Numbered from the whole stretch's first letter, positions 25,601 through 37,314 are shown. The stretch: DNA of 63,697 nucleotides, filler included, from Folioceros fuciformis (GCA_049999805.1; 4 parts of 3 records of this genome joined end to end with filler, not necessarily neighbours in it); one strand, 5' to 3'. Numbers and translations: made by a program. The notes: generated by a model from the letters alone, not told the origin.

Positions 25601-26097
25601 CGAAGTGCCTGCACAGCCTCCTCTCTGTCCTGTGGAGAATTGTCAGCTCCAAGCAAGCGAATAAACAAGCCCACATAACCAGGCTGCACACCATATCCCA
25701 GCTCCCCAGGAACCGTCTGCTGAGCAGCACGAGACCGTCCCCCAACCTCTTTCCCCAACCCGTATCCTTCGATCCCCTGCAGCTCACCACAAATATTAAA
25801 ATGGCAGCTGAGCCATAATCAGGCTCCAACATCAGCACGTTCTCCGGCATTTACCAGATGCTGTAGCAGTTCCTCAGTGCCAGCTGGCAGATCGCCAAAG
25901 GAGGAAGACTTTGTTGCTTCAACCCCACCTCCTTCCACGGCGTCGCCAGAAACCCTGAGCCTGGAAGGCAATCCTCGCCAGTTCTTCAGCCATGGGGGAG
26001 GTCCACGAATGACTGTTGCCCTTTCGCCTGGATATCTCACATTGCGCGAGCAAGCTAGAAGGGTAACACCGTGCGACATCTCACGGATTGCATCCAT
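22643..26097 (-). CDS. Armadillo-repeat protein with N-terminal transit-peptide-like segment, multi-exon
   Basis: GYVGLFIRLLGADNSPQDREEAV, EQALCVLWNVS, EAAAGVLSNLAL, GGISPLV, GGIFPLARLLEKG are ARM repeats across several exons. Resembles the At1g23180-type family from memory. Confidence 0.85.
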
Positions 26098-26522
26098 GGG
26101 GTACAAAGCTGTGACTGCTGACTATGTACACGCAACACTATATATGGTGAACTCCAGATTGCTTACTACACGGACCGAGCTTTAAAGTGTCTTTTCCGCA
26201 AAGCGACGAGAACTAGTAAGGGTTTAATTTGATCGTCGGGGCCATAGTCCCCCTGGTTGCCTGACTGATGCCCATTTTTTGGGTCTCTGGCTCCCCCCCC
26301 TGCTTTAAGGATAGGGTAGGATCCCCATTTTTTTTTTTTGGTTTTTAATTAAAGTCATCATTCATTTGCTATGGCCATTCGTATCAAGGACCAAAAGGCA
26401 CTGCTATTATGTGCTAAGTCTTATCGCTATATCTGTCCTTAAATGGACTTTCATACAATTCTTTTCTTTTCCTTAAAGACAACTACGTAGCAAGGGTGCA
26501 ACTCCGGCGTGAGCCTCACCTA

Positions 26523-27101
26523 CTACTGTCCAGCAGCGAAGGCGTCGACAGGGAAGATCTTGGTGATGCCTGCAAAGCTCTTAAAGTGGATTCTGGAACT
26601 GTCTTTCTCGTCGATGAAGATATCTCCCACAGGTGCCCAGATGAACAGCTCCTTAGCCCGCACTCCTGAGAGCTTCTTGATGCGCCTCGTCTCCAGGAAA
26701 CCAGTGATGTCCGTGGAATAGCTTACCAGCTTACCAGCTATCTTGAAGTTGTGCTCAACATTCTTCTTCTGAGAAATCCACACGTAGCCGGTGGCCTGGA
26801 CAAAGCCGATCTCCACAACCTCCTGTAGAGGCAGAAGGCCCAAAGGAAGGCCGAACTCCTTCAGCAACGAGACGGCTTTCTTGAGGCTTTCCTCGTGGCC
26901 AGTCCAGATGATGGCATTCTTCTTCAGGTCCTCCTTCTTGATGTCCTTGATGTCCACTTTGGCCTTGCCAGCCTCTGCCTTCTTAGTCGCAGCAAGGGGC
27001 TCCGCTGCAGGCTGCGGCACTACCTCCTTCGCTACCGGCTCCTTCACTGCTGCCGGCTCCTTCACTGCTGCCGGCTTCACTGCAACTGCTGCGGGCGCCA
27101 T
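26523..27101 (-). CDS. DUF538 family protein with Ala/Pro/Lys-rich N-terminal extension
   Basis: LLKEFGLPLGLLPL..TGYVW..HNFK..KLVSY..IKKLSGV.AKELFIW..FPVDAF. N-terminal AAVKEP repeats. ATG at 27101 follows a likely 5'UTR intron acceptor. Confidence 0.88.
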   Translation of the reverse strand: MAPAAVAVKPAAVKEPAAVKEPVAKEVVPQPAAEPLAATKKAEAGKAKVDIKDIKKEDLKKNAIIWTGHEESLKKAVSLLKEFGLPLGLLPLQEVVEIGFVQATGYVWISQKKNVEHNFKIAGKLVSYSTDITGFLETRRIKKLSGVRAKELFIWAPVGDIFIDEKDSSRIHFKSFAGITKIFPVDAFAAGQ

Positions 27102-28938
27102 GGGTGCTGTATTCCAATTTTCCTGGAGCAAAAACTGCATAATTTTACACGCCGCTGTCAGCAAAGTATTAGTCATCCCAACCTCTTGAAATCACCGGAG
27201 ACGAGATCGTCACGTACCTGAGAGTAAGAAATGGATCACAAATGCAGAATAGGCGATGGAACGAAGAGAAGAATGATTCAGGATTGCACTCTGTAAGGTA
27301 TGGCTGCAGGCATGAGTAGAAATAGGAGCAAGGTATGCGCAAACCTCCAAACAAGGGCATCCAGGGAAGTAGTTTTCGAGGATGACTCTAGCTTGGAAAG
27401 GCCAGCCATAGCCAAGTGTCCTGTAGGTATTAACCATGTGTGTATATGCGCTAATTTTGTTTTCCGTCCCTCGTTGTCACTCTCCTCGGGCTAACCGTCC
27501 AGACCGTCCTCAACATCGCCTTCATCGCCGTGGCAAATTCAACTCAAAACATTTCAGACTTTCGGCCAGTACATAATTGCGACTGGTATCATCTTGAAAT
27601 GTGCGGGCTGGCTGGCTGGCTGTGGACAAAGGAGTCATCGACAGAGAAGAGACAAGAAACGACGGACTGGAGCAACAAAAGAGAATCCATGTCTCCGGGC
27701 TGCATCCCTGCGCTGGTCGCAGTCCTGCACTCCTGTCATCCACCGCGAGCTCAGGTGGCCGAGACGATGTAAGCTGTGGTAGCAGCGCTCCTCATGCACT
27801 CCTGCTGGCCAGGAAATCACGCTCTCATTGGAACCAAGACGGGGAAGCATCCGCCACCTGCTGCATGTCGTCAAGCAGGGATCCACACAAAGATGCAACG
27901 ACGCGCTGACAGCTATCATCAACGACTCCAGCCAATCGTTTCCTCAGGCAAAACCAAGAAGCCATCGCCATCGCCAGCACCAGCACCAGCACCAGCCCTT
28001 CGATGCTGTGATCTTCGCGATGCGGTAGGTTGATTTTATTGTCTCAAATTTTGTTAATAAATTCTTCAGTTCTTGGTTGAAACGCTCTGGTGGAGATGGA
28101 TGCAGACTACGTCAATCATTGAGTGTAGGACAAGGCGGTGCGTTGCAGGTGGCGGGGGTTGGAGTTGTAGGCTGGGCCCGAGCGCTCGGAGGACTCCGGG
28201 ACGTGAAGTTGGGTAAGCTGAAAAAGGAAAGAAGGAAGCGGTGTCCGCGGGAGGCGGGGGAGGGAAAGGTGTGGTGCGCATACAGTGGATGGAGTGTGTT
28301 GTTGTTGACGTGCCTCGTGTGACTGGCGTAACTGGGGGACAAGCGCGAGTGCATATCAGCTCCCGTTCCTTTGTTTCCGAATCGGGGTTGGCAGTTTTGA
28401 GCCACAAGTTGGTGAAGCACGCCCTGCTTTGCCGGTGCGACTCAGCTTGACTGCGACAGAATCCCTGTACTGGGGACCTCGAGTGGAAGCTGGACATATC
28501 GAGCCCTCGGGACCCGGCCAGCAAGTGGGCCAAATTGCAGAAGCGGCCCGGACGGGGCTGGTGGGGCCCGCCATTCATGTGCTGTGAGAGCGAGAATGAG
28601 TAGAGTAGAGTTAGAGTAGCGCCTGCGTCGCCGAATCGAAGGGATGATACGCGTTGTTCCCGCAACTTCACACGGCCATGCCCATCCCCTGCCCTCCACC
28701 TCCGGCTTTATCCCGCCTTATTCAATGGCGGCCGAGTTGCTACGGCTCCGACGGGCTTGTGACGTGAGAAAAGCAAAACCAGGTTAAGCACCGCGCGTGG
28801 GTGCCTCGCCCGGCTGTTCCTGCTGCTGCTGTTGCTACGGCCTTCTCTTCTCGTCTCTTCTCTTCTCGTTTCTTCTGGTCTCTTCTTCCCGGTCCCCGCA
28901 GCGGCCTGAGTGCACGCCCTACGGTCACGCCGGCAGCG

Positions 28939-29040
28939 ATGGAGAGAGTTTCTCGCACCTGCGAGGGTAGCAGGCGGAGATCGGCAGCTGCCTCGGCCCC
29001 TGCCGCCTTAGCCTGTGATGCGCGTGAGCGACGGGTCTGA
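28939..29040 (+). promoter_or_regulatory. Candidate 33-codon upstream ORF before the DOG1-like gene
   Basis: GCGATGG start in strong context. Out of frame with the main ORF and stops 11 nt before its ATG. Lies downstream of a CT-rich UTR-like tract. Confidence 0.35.
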
Positions 29041-29051
29041 GCCTGCTGCCG

Positions 29052-29825
29052 ATGGCGCCCTTGGCGGGGACTGACGGGGAGACGTACGAGGAGTTCTATG
29101 CTAGATGGATGGACCAGCAGAAGGCGCATCTGGAGGAGCTGGAGGACGCGCTGGAGAGTGATATGCGGGAGGCGGAGGTGAGGCAGCTGGTGGCCAAGGT
29201 GTTCAGGCACTACGAGGAGTACTACGAGGTGAAGGACAGGGCCGTGCGGGGGAACGTGCTGCAGCTCATCCAGCCGTCCTGGCGGTCTCCGCTGGAGACC
29301 GCGTTTCTGTGGATCGGAGGCTGGCGGCCGACCATGGTGTTCCAGCTCGCGTATGCGCAGTCCGGGTTTCAGCTCGAGCAGGAACTGGCGGAGCTGCTGC
29401 GGGGAGTGGATACTCCTACCATGGCGTCGCTCTCGTCCCGCCAGCTCTCGCAGATCAATGCGTTGCAGATGAAAACGCAGGCAGAGGAGGAGGAGCTGAC
29501 GCAGCGGATGGCCGTGATGCAGCAGGGCCTGGCGGATCAGCCGCTTTTAGGCCTCGCCTTGGCGGGGATGAACGGAGCCGATGAGACCTCCACGCAAAAC
29601 GGGATGAGGGAGGTGTTTGATGAGAAGATGAAGGCGCTGGAGGAGCTGCTGGTTGATGCCGACAGGCTCAGACTCACCACGCTCAGAGAGATGCTCAGGA
29701 TTTTCAACGTCGTGCAAGGTGCGCAGTACCTCACGGCCGCAGCTCAGCTGCAGATTGCGCTGCGGACCTTCGGTGAGCAGGCCAGCAGGCCTCAAGGCGA
29801 CGGCGACGGCCACGGAGGACGGTGA
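29052..29825 (+). CDS. DOG1-domain protein (DOG1-like, no bZIP), single exon
   Basis: FYARWM..Q..L.EL..HYEEYY.VK..PSWRSPLE.AFLWIGGWRP..ADRLRL.TL..Q..YL.A..L are DOG1 domain signatures. High GC3. Confidence 0.9.
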   Translation: MAPLAGTDGETYEEFYARWMDQQKAHLEELEDALESDMREAEVRQLVAKVFRHYEEYYEVKDRAVRGNVLQLIQPSWRSPLETAFLWIGGWRPTMVFQLAYAQSGFQLEQELAELLRGVDTPTMASLSSRQLSQINALQMKTQAEEEELTQRMAVMQQGLADQPLLGLALAGMNGADETSTQNGMREVFDEKMKALEELLVDADRLRLTTLREMLRIFNVVQGAQYLTAAAQLQIALRTFGEQASRPQGDGDGHGGR

Positions 29826-30444
29826 TCGTCGTCAGGCAGCGCATCTCTGCTGCCAGTGCTGCTTGCTCGTATGTCCTGGATGGCCTGCAAACCCTCATCA
29901 CTCTTCATACAGCGTGCCTCTAGCCGCCGCCACACAGGCTCTTGTGTTATGGTCTGTGCAGCTCTCGCTCGCTCGTGCTCACGGTGCTGTGAGACCTACA
30001 CTGGGAGAGAGGGTCTAGCATCCTTTCACTGATTCACCGGCAGCTCTCCAGCTCGTGGTGGCTATGGTACCCAGTGTTCCACCTCGTGTTAGGGTAGAGG
30101 AGTCCGGCAAAGAGATACTAGTGTAGGTCAGACGTTCTGTTCCTTTGTAAAATTGCCCAAGGACAGGCCTTGACAGGGCAAGCAAGTGTGATTCTGTATC
30201 TACTAGCATGTGCTCTTCAATTGTGGTCAATTGAAGCTGCGCTCGGTACAGTTACCCGTTTTCCTGCCTCTGCTGTTGGTGCATGGTTTCCGTCGTCGTC
30301 TGAACGTCCGATTTCCACTTTCAGGTGGAGTAGCAAGGGTTTTTGTTTCGAACTTCATCCGATGCTCACACACAGTTGGAGTCGTATCGGTGGCGTGTGT
30401 ATGGCTGCTGCGTCATACTTGAGCGGGATCAACGCCGCTTCGAG

Positions 30445-32139
30445 ATGGCCACGCGCAGTTGCTTTCTAGCGTCAAGCACGTTCCTCGTTTGTTTCCTTCT
30501 CTACACCCACCTCAACTCCCCTCACTCATTTCGCAGGGCCGCCTGGCAGCCACAGATTTCTTCGCTATCTGAGGGGTTGTACCAGCACGTTGCCAAGGGC
30601 AGATTGAAGGTTTTTGTTGCGGATTTGCCGAGGCAACTGAATTACGGTCTTCTAGAGGAGTACTGGTTGGAGAGGGCAGGACATGGTTCCGTGAAGGAAG
30701 ACGGGGAATATTTGCCCTATCCCAGCGAGCCTCTATGGAAGCAGCACAGTGCAGAGTACTGGCTGTTGGCAGATTTGCTCACAGCACCTGGAAACAGAGG
30801 CAACTCCATAGCGGAGAGAGTCTTGGATCCTTTGGCAGCTGACGTTGTCTTCGTGCCTTTCTTTGCGACTTTGAGTGCCAAACTGCAGCTGGCAAAGTCT
30901 CGGAGCAAGTTCCGACATAAGCAGGAAAATCAGGACTATTTGCGTCAGCGGAACGTCATGGAAATCATTCACAACTCGTCTCTGTGGCAAAGGTCTGGCG
31001 GAGCAGACCACGTCTTTGTCCTCACAGGTAGATATGAACTGCAGCTTTCCATGACGCGTAGATTGAGGTTACGTAAGCTCAAGGAAATGCTAACGAGCAC
31101 TAATCTCTGATCTGTGGGCGGACGACGTCTGCCCTGTTGGACAGCATTTGGTGGGCCATCGCTATGTTAACTTCAGGAAACCACGCTTTTTCCGGACTTG
31201 TGGTATGACTTGCACTTGTGATGCATTTTCTGCAGATCCTTTGGCCATGTACCATTTGAAGAGCGAGGTCGCCCCCGCTGTTGTCCTGGTTGTGGATTTT
31301 GGAGGTTGGTACAGGGAGGATGCGAAAGCAGGAGCAGTGATCGTTGGTAGGGAGAGTTTGATCGTGCAAACGCAGGTTTCACTGTTGAAAGATGTTATTG
31401 TTCCGCATACTCATATGCTTCCCATGCTGAACATCTCTCAAGATGCGGCTCGTGATACACTCCTTTACTTCAGGGGCGCACGCCACAGACATCGCGTATG
31501 ATCCTCTCCCCAAAGCATGCAGACCTTGTTCTTTTTGTCGAGTTTTTCTTGATTCGCGCCTTAACACCTGGCAAATGGTACTAGCAGACTGGGCTGGTCC
31601 GTGATAAGCTCTGGCAGATTCTGGAAGGCGAGAGAGCAGTCATCTTGGAGGAAGGCTCTCCCGACGGGGCTGGTCTGGAAGAAGCAAAGACAGGCATGCG
31701 CAGGTCACACTTTTGCCTTCATCCAGCAGGAGATACGCCGTCGTCGTGCCGGCTTTATGATGCCATTGCCAGCTTATGCATACCAGTTATAGTCAGCGAC
31801 ACTATCGAGCTACCATTCGAGGGTATGTTGGACTACACAGAGTTTTGTGTGTTTGTGTCCGTTGGAGACGCTTTGCAGCCAAGGATGTTGTTGCAACGGC
31901 TGCTGGATATCAGCGAGCCACGGCGGAAGCAAATGCGTTCTCGTTTGTTCGAGGTGCAGCATTGTTTTGAGTACGATAATGGCCTGCCAGGGGGCAGGGG
32001 ACCTGCTGTGCAGGATGGTGCAGTGAACCACATATGGACAAAGCTTAGCTACAAGGTGCCTGCTATAAGGGAAGCTGTAACGCGTCGGGGCCGTATCCCC
32101 GAAAACGCTGTTTCCCAAGCTAGGTGTCATTGTGTGTGA
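30445..32139 (+). CDS. Exostosin/GT47 glycosyltransferase (ARAD1-like); exons 30445-31027, 31236-31495, 31588-32139
   Basis: N-terminal TM anchor, LKVFV.DLP..NYGL, QHSAEYWL, ADVVFVPFF, WQRSGG.DH, FCLHPAGDTPSSCRLYDAI..CIPVIVSD.IELPFE. GT-AG introns. Confidence 0.9.
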
Positions 32140-32658
32140 GAAAGTCCTTAGGAGGTGGCTCCTTTGGGCTCAGTTTTGCTGGAGTTTGGACACATGCCCG
32201 TTAGGCTTTCCTAAATTTCTGAGGAGTTGGGTTGTTCCATTTTCGACTAAATTATGGCTTTCATGCCTAAGATTAGGAGCAGACTGGTGTCAAGATTTGA
32301 TGGGAGGGGAAGGGCGTGGCTCTGTGGGGAAAGTATAGCGCTTATTCCGATTTGTACAACTGGTCTCCAGGATGGGACATAATAGTTTAGAGTTACAAAT
32401 CTTCTGCGAGTGTCTCACGCACTCTTTTGTAGCAGTGACGTGGATCAGGAGAGCTCTACTCTAATTGTGTTTCGGAGCAACGAAGTGCTTCGAGCTTTGC
32501 TCCGAGTTTCCTGATGTACATTCAGATCTAAACCTTTCTCCAGGTTGGACGGTAGACTACCTTACGTAGGGCAACGATGAGTTGTCGCAGGCAGGCATCA
32601 TCGCAAGCACACGGAGAAGACGGGGTACTGCTAGACATCACATCGGTTGTGGAGTAAC

Positions 32659-34410
32659 CTAGCATCCAGTAGCCTTCCTGACAGAGATGGGGCTCTTGAG
32701 GGCGACAATTCCGTCGTTACCAGCTAGCACTCTGTACTTGTCTTTCCTGGTGAAGTTGGTGCATTCGAAACTGAGGGTGGCAGCCAAGAGACGCTGAATG
32801 TAGTTGGCAACCTCATGTGCTGTCTTTCCTCCTGCGCAGGTGAGTTCTGGTGGCAGCTGGTCCAGGAACGTGACCTCGTACACTGGAGAGGGATTCATGA
32901 AGAAGTAGAAGGGGTCCATCCCCTTCCAGCCTCGAGCAGTAGTGCCGTGAAACATGCTCATTTTGTTCTCCATGGCCACAGGAACTATCATGTCCGCCAG
33001 CTCAGCAAACATTGAACTGAATCGCAGCAGGAATGGCTCTCTGCAGGTGGTTCCTTCGGGGCAGATAGCTAGGTCTCCTTCCGCCAAAAGCTTTCGTATG
33101 TTCGCTGCATCGTCCTCCCGCTTTCGAGCGAGGCTGACAGTTTTGATGGGCGAAATGATTTCCGAAAGCCGGGATATAGAGTACGTCACTGCGCTTACAG
33201 GCCTGCGGAGAGCCACGGACAGGAAGATGGGATCCAGCAGGGTTCTGTGGGAGCAGACAAATAGCACTCCCAGCGTTCCGTCCTTGACAGGAGGAGGCGG
33301 GGTTCCCTTGACTCGGATTCTGACGCCAAGTGCTGCAAATGCGTATGGGACTATGGACATGGGGAGCAGGGAACCTGCGGCTATTCGGAGGATGGCTAGC
33401 ACAAAACCGATGGGTATCCAGAGCAGAGTGAGGAGAGCGACAAGAGGAGTTGGGCGGCACACTAGTCTGCCGTCATGGAACACCATTGGCTTTGGTAGCT
33501 GGTGCTTGGAAACAGCTTCCACCCGCACATCAGCAGGTACAATGTATCCTTCCTGCATACGGGACAGTCGAAGTCAGCCTCGACGTCTACTGGACCTGCA
33601 TCGACCATTCAAACTTATCATGCAAGCTGCAGCGTACTCCGCAATCATGTCAGGAATTAACCTTGCAGAGAGACATGAATGGGAAGTCAGTCTGGCGATC
33701 CCCCAGCCCAACATCCGGCATCTTCTGGCCGAACACTCGGCGCATTGCATCCTCCTTGCTTACTCCGACCAGAACTCCCGGAGACTTGAGTAAACCTGTG
33801 GCCCGACCTGCTGGTGTCACATCAATCTCTGATCCTATCACCTCGTCAGCTCCAAGGTACTCTTTGGCAAATGTCTCCACCATGATCCTTGGGTTTGCTG
33901 TGAGCACATACCTGCGTGAACGCAAGAATTTCAATTTTGGCTGAGCTTAGCTGGGCATAGTAAAGTAGGAGATGACCATGTCTGCGTATGCGGGGGAACT
34001 ATGAAGGAGCTTAAAATGTACCGTCTCCCGAAGGCAGAAAACACTCGCCACGACTCAGGATGAATGTCGTCAGCGTAGAACTTGGGAAGCACAGCGCGAG
34101 AGACTGATTCAATTTCGGTCACCTTTAGCCCGGCAAAGGTGACGTAGACTAGAACTTGGATGCCTGCAGCCTCGGAGACAAAGTGATACAGGACCCAGGC
34201 AAGTGGAGCCGCGGTCAAGAGAGATGCAAAGCGGAGGAGTCCGCCTGCCTCGAAGGCAATGAGCATGAAGTACGGAAAGGAGCTTCTTCCCCTCAGCAAT
34301 GTTCCATCCAAATCGGACACAACTGTTTCCTTTCCTCGGAAAGTGGAACTGCATTTGTCGATGGTGGGAAACTTCTGCTCCATGATGTGTGCTTCCTGCT
34401 TCTTGGCCAT
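32659..34410 (-). CDS. GPAT6: sn-2 glycerol-3-phosphate acyltransferase, GPAT4/6/8-type; exons 34410-34022, 33911-33662, 33552-32659
   Basis: HAD motifs DLDGTLL and GDRQTD, acyltransferase motifs HRTLLDP and [31 protein letters not shown]. The symbol indicates the clade, not proven orthology. Confidence 0.93.
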
Positions 34411-35642
34411 GGTCGGATCCAAGAGGTACTTGGGCAGCTGTTACCTTGTCATGAGTGCTCAGAGCTAGTCAGGCTTCGACGAGACAGGGCCGCAGAAGGG
34501 CACCATTCAAAAAGGGCAGCTGAGGAGAAACAGAGAGAGGAAGAGACAACAGAGTTGCTGTTGCTGAATGCAGCTATGTACACGGCTGATTACAGCGAAG
34601 AGTTTGTCGCCGAGGTTGGCAAGTAAAGACGACAAGGAAATGCAGGAGGAGGAAGATAGCGACGAAACACGAGGCTACTCACGAGGCAATCACTGTACCT
34701 ACCCTGCTAAAATCCACTGGGACTTGAAACCTCTTTTGCATCTTCTCTTCTCCTGACCCATCCAAAAATGCAGGGCAGCTGTGAGGGTAACGTCCGTTAG
34801 GGTACTTACCATTGCACGGACGGGAATATCAGTGTTGGCGGGTTGTCCCTAACGATATACTGGGCCCTAGAATTAGCTTACCCGTGGGGCTCCAAAAGGT
34901 CGGATCTTCCGAGGCTGTGTGAGGGTCAGGGTCAACCCACTGCTGCTCCTATTGCTGTTTTAACGTCTTTTCTCTCGTTCACGATCACAGATGCATCTGT
35001 GTATGACATTTTACTCTGTTCGTAGTTTCACGGTATCGAGAATGCCCGTGGTGTGGTGGATTGCAGACTGTCATTGAGTCTTTGGAACTCTGGATAAAAG
35101 GTGCCTTGGTCACCAGTAGAAAGAGCTGACGGTTAACAACCGCTGCTCAAGGTCGAATGCATTGGGTCCTGCTTTCACACACACCAAAGCTTCCTTTTCA
35201 GCTCCCGGGCCCTTCGTTCTTGGACTGTAGACTAACAGCAAGGTCTTACATCATTCTAAGTAAAGAATGGTAGAGAAACGCGGGTTTGGTATTCACCAGA
35301 TGTCAACTATGTAGTTGTGTGCATCCGTCCCGATGTGCAAGAACTCCTTGTTTAAGGAGGGACAAGGAATTTAGAAACCAATAGGATTAACCAACACCAA
35401 CTTTGCAAATGTTTCCCAATTTCACAAGAGACCCAAATATGGTGATATAGTTTGAAAATGTTTGCGTAAACTAAACCAAAGCCCTAACACAATTAAGCCA
35501 AATTGAAACAAAAAGATATTGATTTTGAAAAAAAAACTTAAAACAAAACTAATAGACCAATACAATTCAACCTTAATTTGACAAATGACCCAAGAAAGAA
35601 AATGCCACTTTCCAAACGCATCCTCGAGCTCAACCAATGACC

Positions 35643-35742
35643 NNNNNNNNNNNNNNNNNNNNNNNNNNNNNNNNNNNNNNNNNNNNTTAATTAATTAANN
35701 NNNNNNNNNNNNNNNNNNNNNNNNNNNNNNNNNNNNNNNNNN
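35643..35742. other. Artificial scaffold linker
   Basis: Ns with TTAATTAATTAA at 35687-35698. Confidence 0.95.
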
Positions 35743-35847
35743 AAGGATCTTTAATGTTTGTGTTTTTTGTTTTGAAAACAACATATACAGGTGACATAAT
35801 AAACCTAAAAAATTTGCTTAAAGAGGAGTTACATAAGTTCTCGCAAC

Positions 35848-37314
35848 ATGGATCTATGTAAAAATTGTAAAGTGCCGACTGAGATGTTTGAGGATACAAT
35901 GAACGGGGATGTCGTATGTAAATCATGTGGCTTAGTAAACGAGGAACGTTTCGTTGACCCGAGGGCCGAATGGAGGAATTTCAGTGATGATGCTAACCTT
36001 TTTAAAGACGAGCGTGTGGGGGAGCCCATGCAGATGGATGAGCTCGGAAATGGTGATCACGTAACAACTTTTATGAATACCGCTGGCACAAGGGGTGCAG
36101 TCCAAAGACTTCAAAAAATAAGAATGAGGGTAGATCAAACAATCAATATTGATCCTCACAAAGCTATGAAAGAGGCAGCAAGAATTACTCAAGCACTTGC
36201 CCAAAGTTTGCAATTGCCAGGGATTGTCGAAGATTTGGCATTGAGCTTTTACAAGAAGTTAAATAAGGGCTCAAATAATGTTGCGCGTGTCGGTGCAGCT
36301 ATTTATATAGCTTGCAAGCACCACAGGATGGTTCGGAGTTTACAGGACATTAGCAAATACAGCCATGGTAAGGTTAGAAAAGAGGACATTGGACAATTGG
36401 CAAAACACTTGGAAAGAATCCTAAACACAGAGCTACAGAAAGAAGGAAGCGCCGAGCTAGCTAGGCCATCGTATGCATGTGCACAAGAAGACGCACAGTC
36501 GCAAGGCTTGGTCCTAGGGCATGTACAGGTGGCACAAGGAAATGCACAATATAGAGCACAAGTCCAAGCACAAGCGGAGGAAAAAGTACAAATGCCAGGG
36601 TTGCTCCCAGGGCATGCACAGGTGGCACAAGCAAATGTGCCAACCAAGGCACAGGTTCATGCGCAAGCACATGTACAAGCAAAGGCACAAGTCCATGTGC
36701 AAGCAAATGTACAGGCAAAGGTACATGTGCATCCGCAAGCACAAGCAAAGGCACAAGTCCTTGCGCAAGCACATGTACAAGCACAAGCGAAGGCCCTATT
36801 CTTGGCACAAGGAGGACCACAAGTGCAAGCGGCGTGCATGGTGCAGATAGGGACAAAGACAAAAGATGATCAACAACCAAAAGATGAGCAACAAGTAGAA
36901 TCAGAAGTTAAAGAATGTGTCCCGCAAATCAAAAAAAGCTTTAAGGCCGTTCAAGAGTTAACTTCTCAAGACAAAAACCCATATGAAGGGATACTAGCAT
37001 ATTGCTCATGGCAATCCAACGAGTTTAAACTAGATTATACAACTTCAAAAGCAGTTAAGGAAGCTTTGTTGTTTGCTTTATACAACCTTGACATACGCAA
37101 GAGCCACAAAGCTATTGCAGGTGCAATTTTCTATATGATATTGCAAGTGTCTGAATCAAATCTCAAGAGGCAAGATATTGCAAAGGCTATTAGTATGTCT
37201 GATAGCACAATCAAAAGTACTTACAAGTTTATGTATCCGCATGCATTCAAGATAATTCCATCGTGGTTTTTATCAAGGAAGCACTTTGATTTGAACAACT
37301 TGTCTTCTTCTTGA
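35848..37314 (+). CDS. Divergent, intronless TFIIB-like transcription initiation factor with internal low-complexity insertion
   Basis: Zn ribbon CKNC..GDVVCKSCGLV, B-reader EWRNF..RVG, cyclin repeat 1 (AAIYIACK..RSLQDI), cyclin repeat 2 ending TIKSTYK.MYPH..KIIP.W. Open 488-codon frame. Confidence 0.85.
   Translation: MDLCKNCKVPTEMFEDTMNGDVVCKSCGLVNEERFVDPRAEWRNFSDDANLFKDERVGEPMQMDELGNGDHVTTFMNTAGTRGAVQRLQKIRMRVDQTINIDPHKAMKEAARITQALAQSLQLPGIVEDLALSFYKKLNKGSNNVARVGAAIYIACKHHRMVRSLQDISKYSHGKVRKEDIGQLAKHLERILNTELQKEGSAELARPSYACAQEDAQSQGLVLGHVQVAQGNAQYRAQVQAQAEEKVQMPGLLPGHAQVAQANVPTKAQVHAQAHVQAKAQVHVQANVQAKVHVHPQAQAKAQVLAQAHVQAQAKALFLAQGGPQVQAACMVQIGTKTKDDQQPKDEQQVESEVKECVPQIKKSFKAVQELTSQDKNPYEGILAYCSWQSNEFKLDYTTSKAVKEALLFALYNLDIRKSHKAIAGAIFYMILQVSESNLKRQDIAKAISMSDSTIKSTYKFMYPHAFKIIPSWFLSRKHFDLNNLSSS

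Noticed and set aside
34803-34824. U1 snRNA-like motifs (TACTTACC, ATTGCAC, GGACGGG)
   Set aside because: Only short, rearranged matches. No rest of U1, no Sm site and no snRNA promoter elements, so probably chance.
35848-37314. Giant-virus origin of the TFIIB
   Set aside because: The C-terminal motif resembles plant TFIIB and no viral hallmark genes are adjacent. A phylogeny would be needed to exclude it fully.
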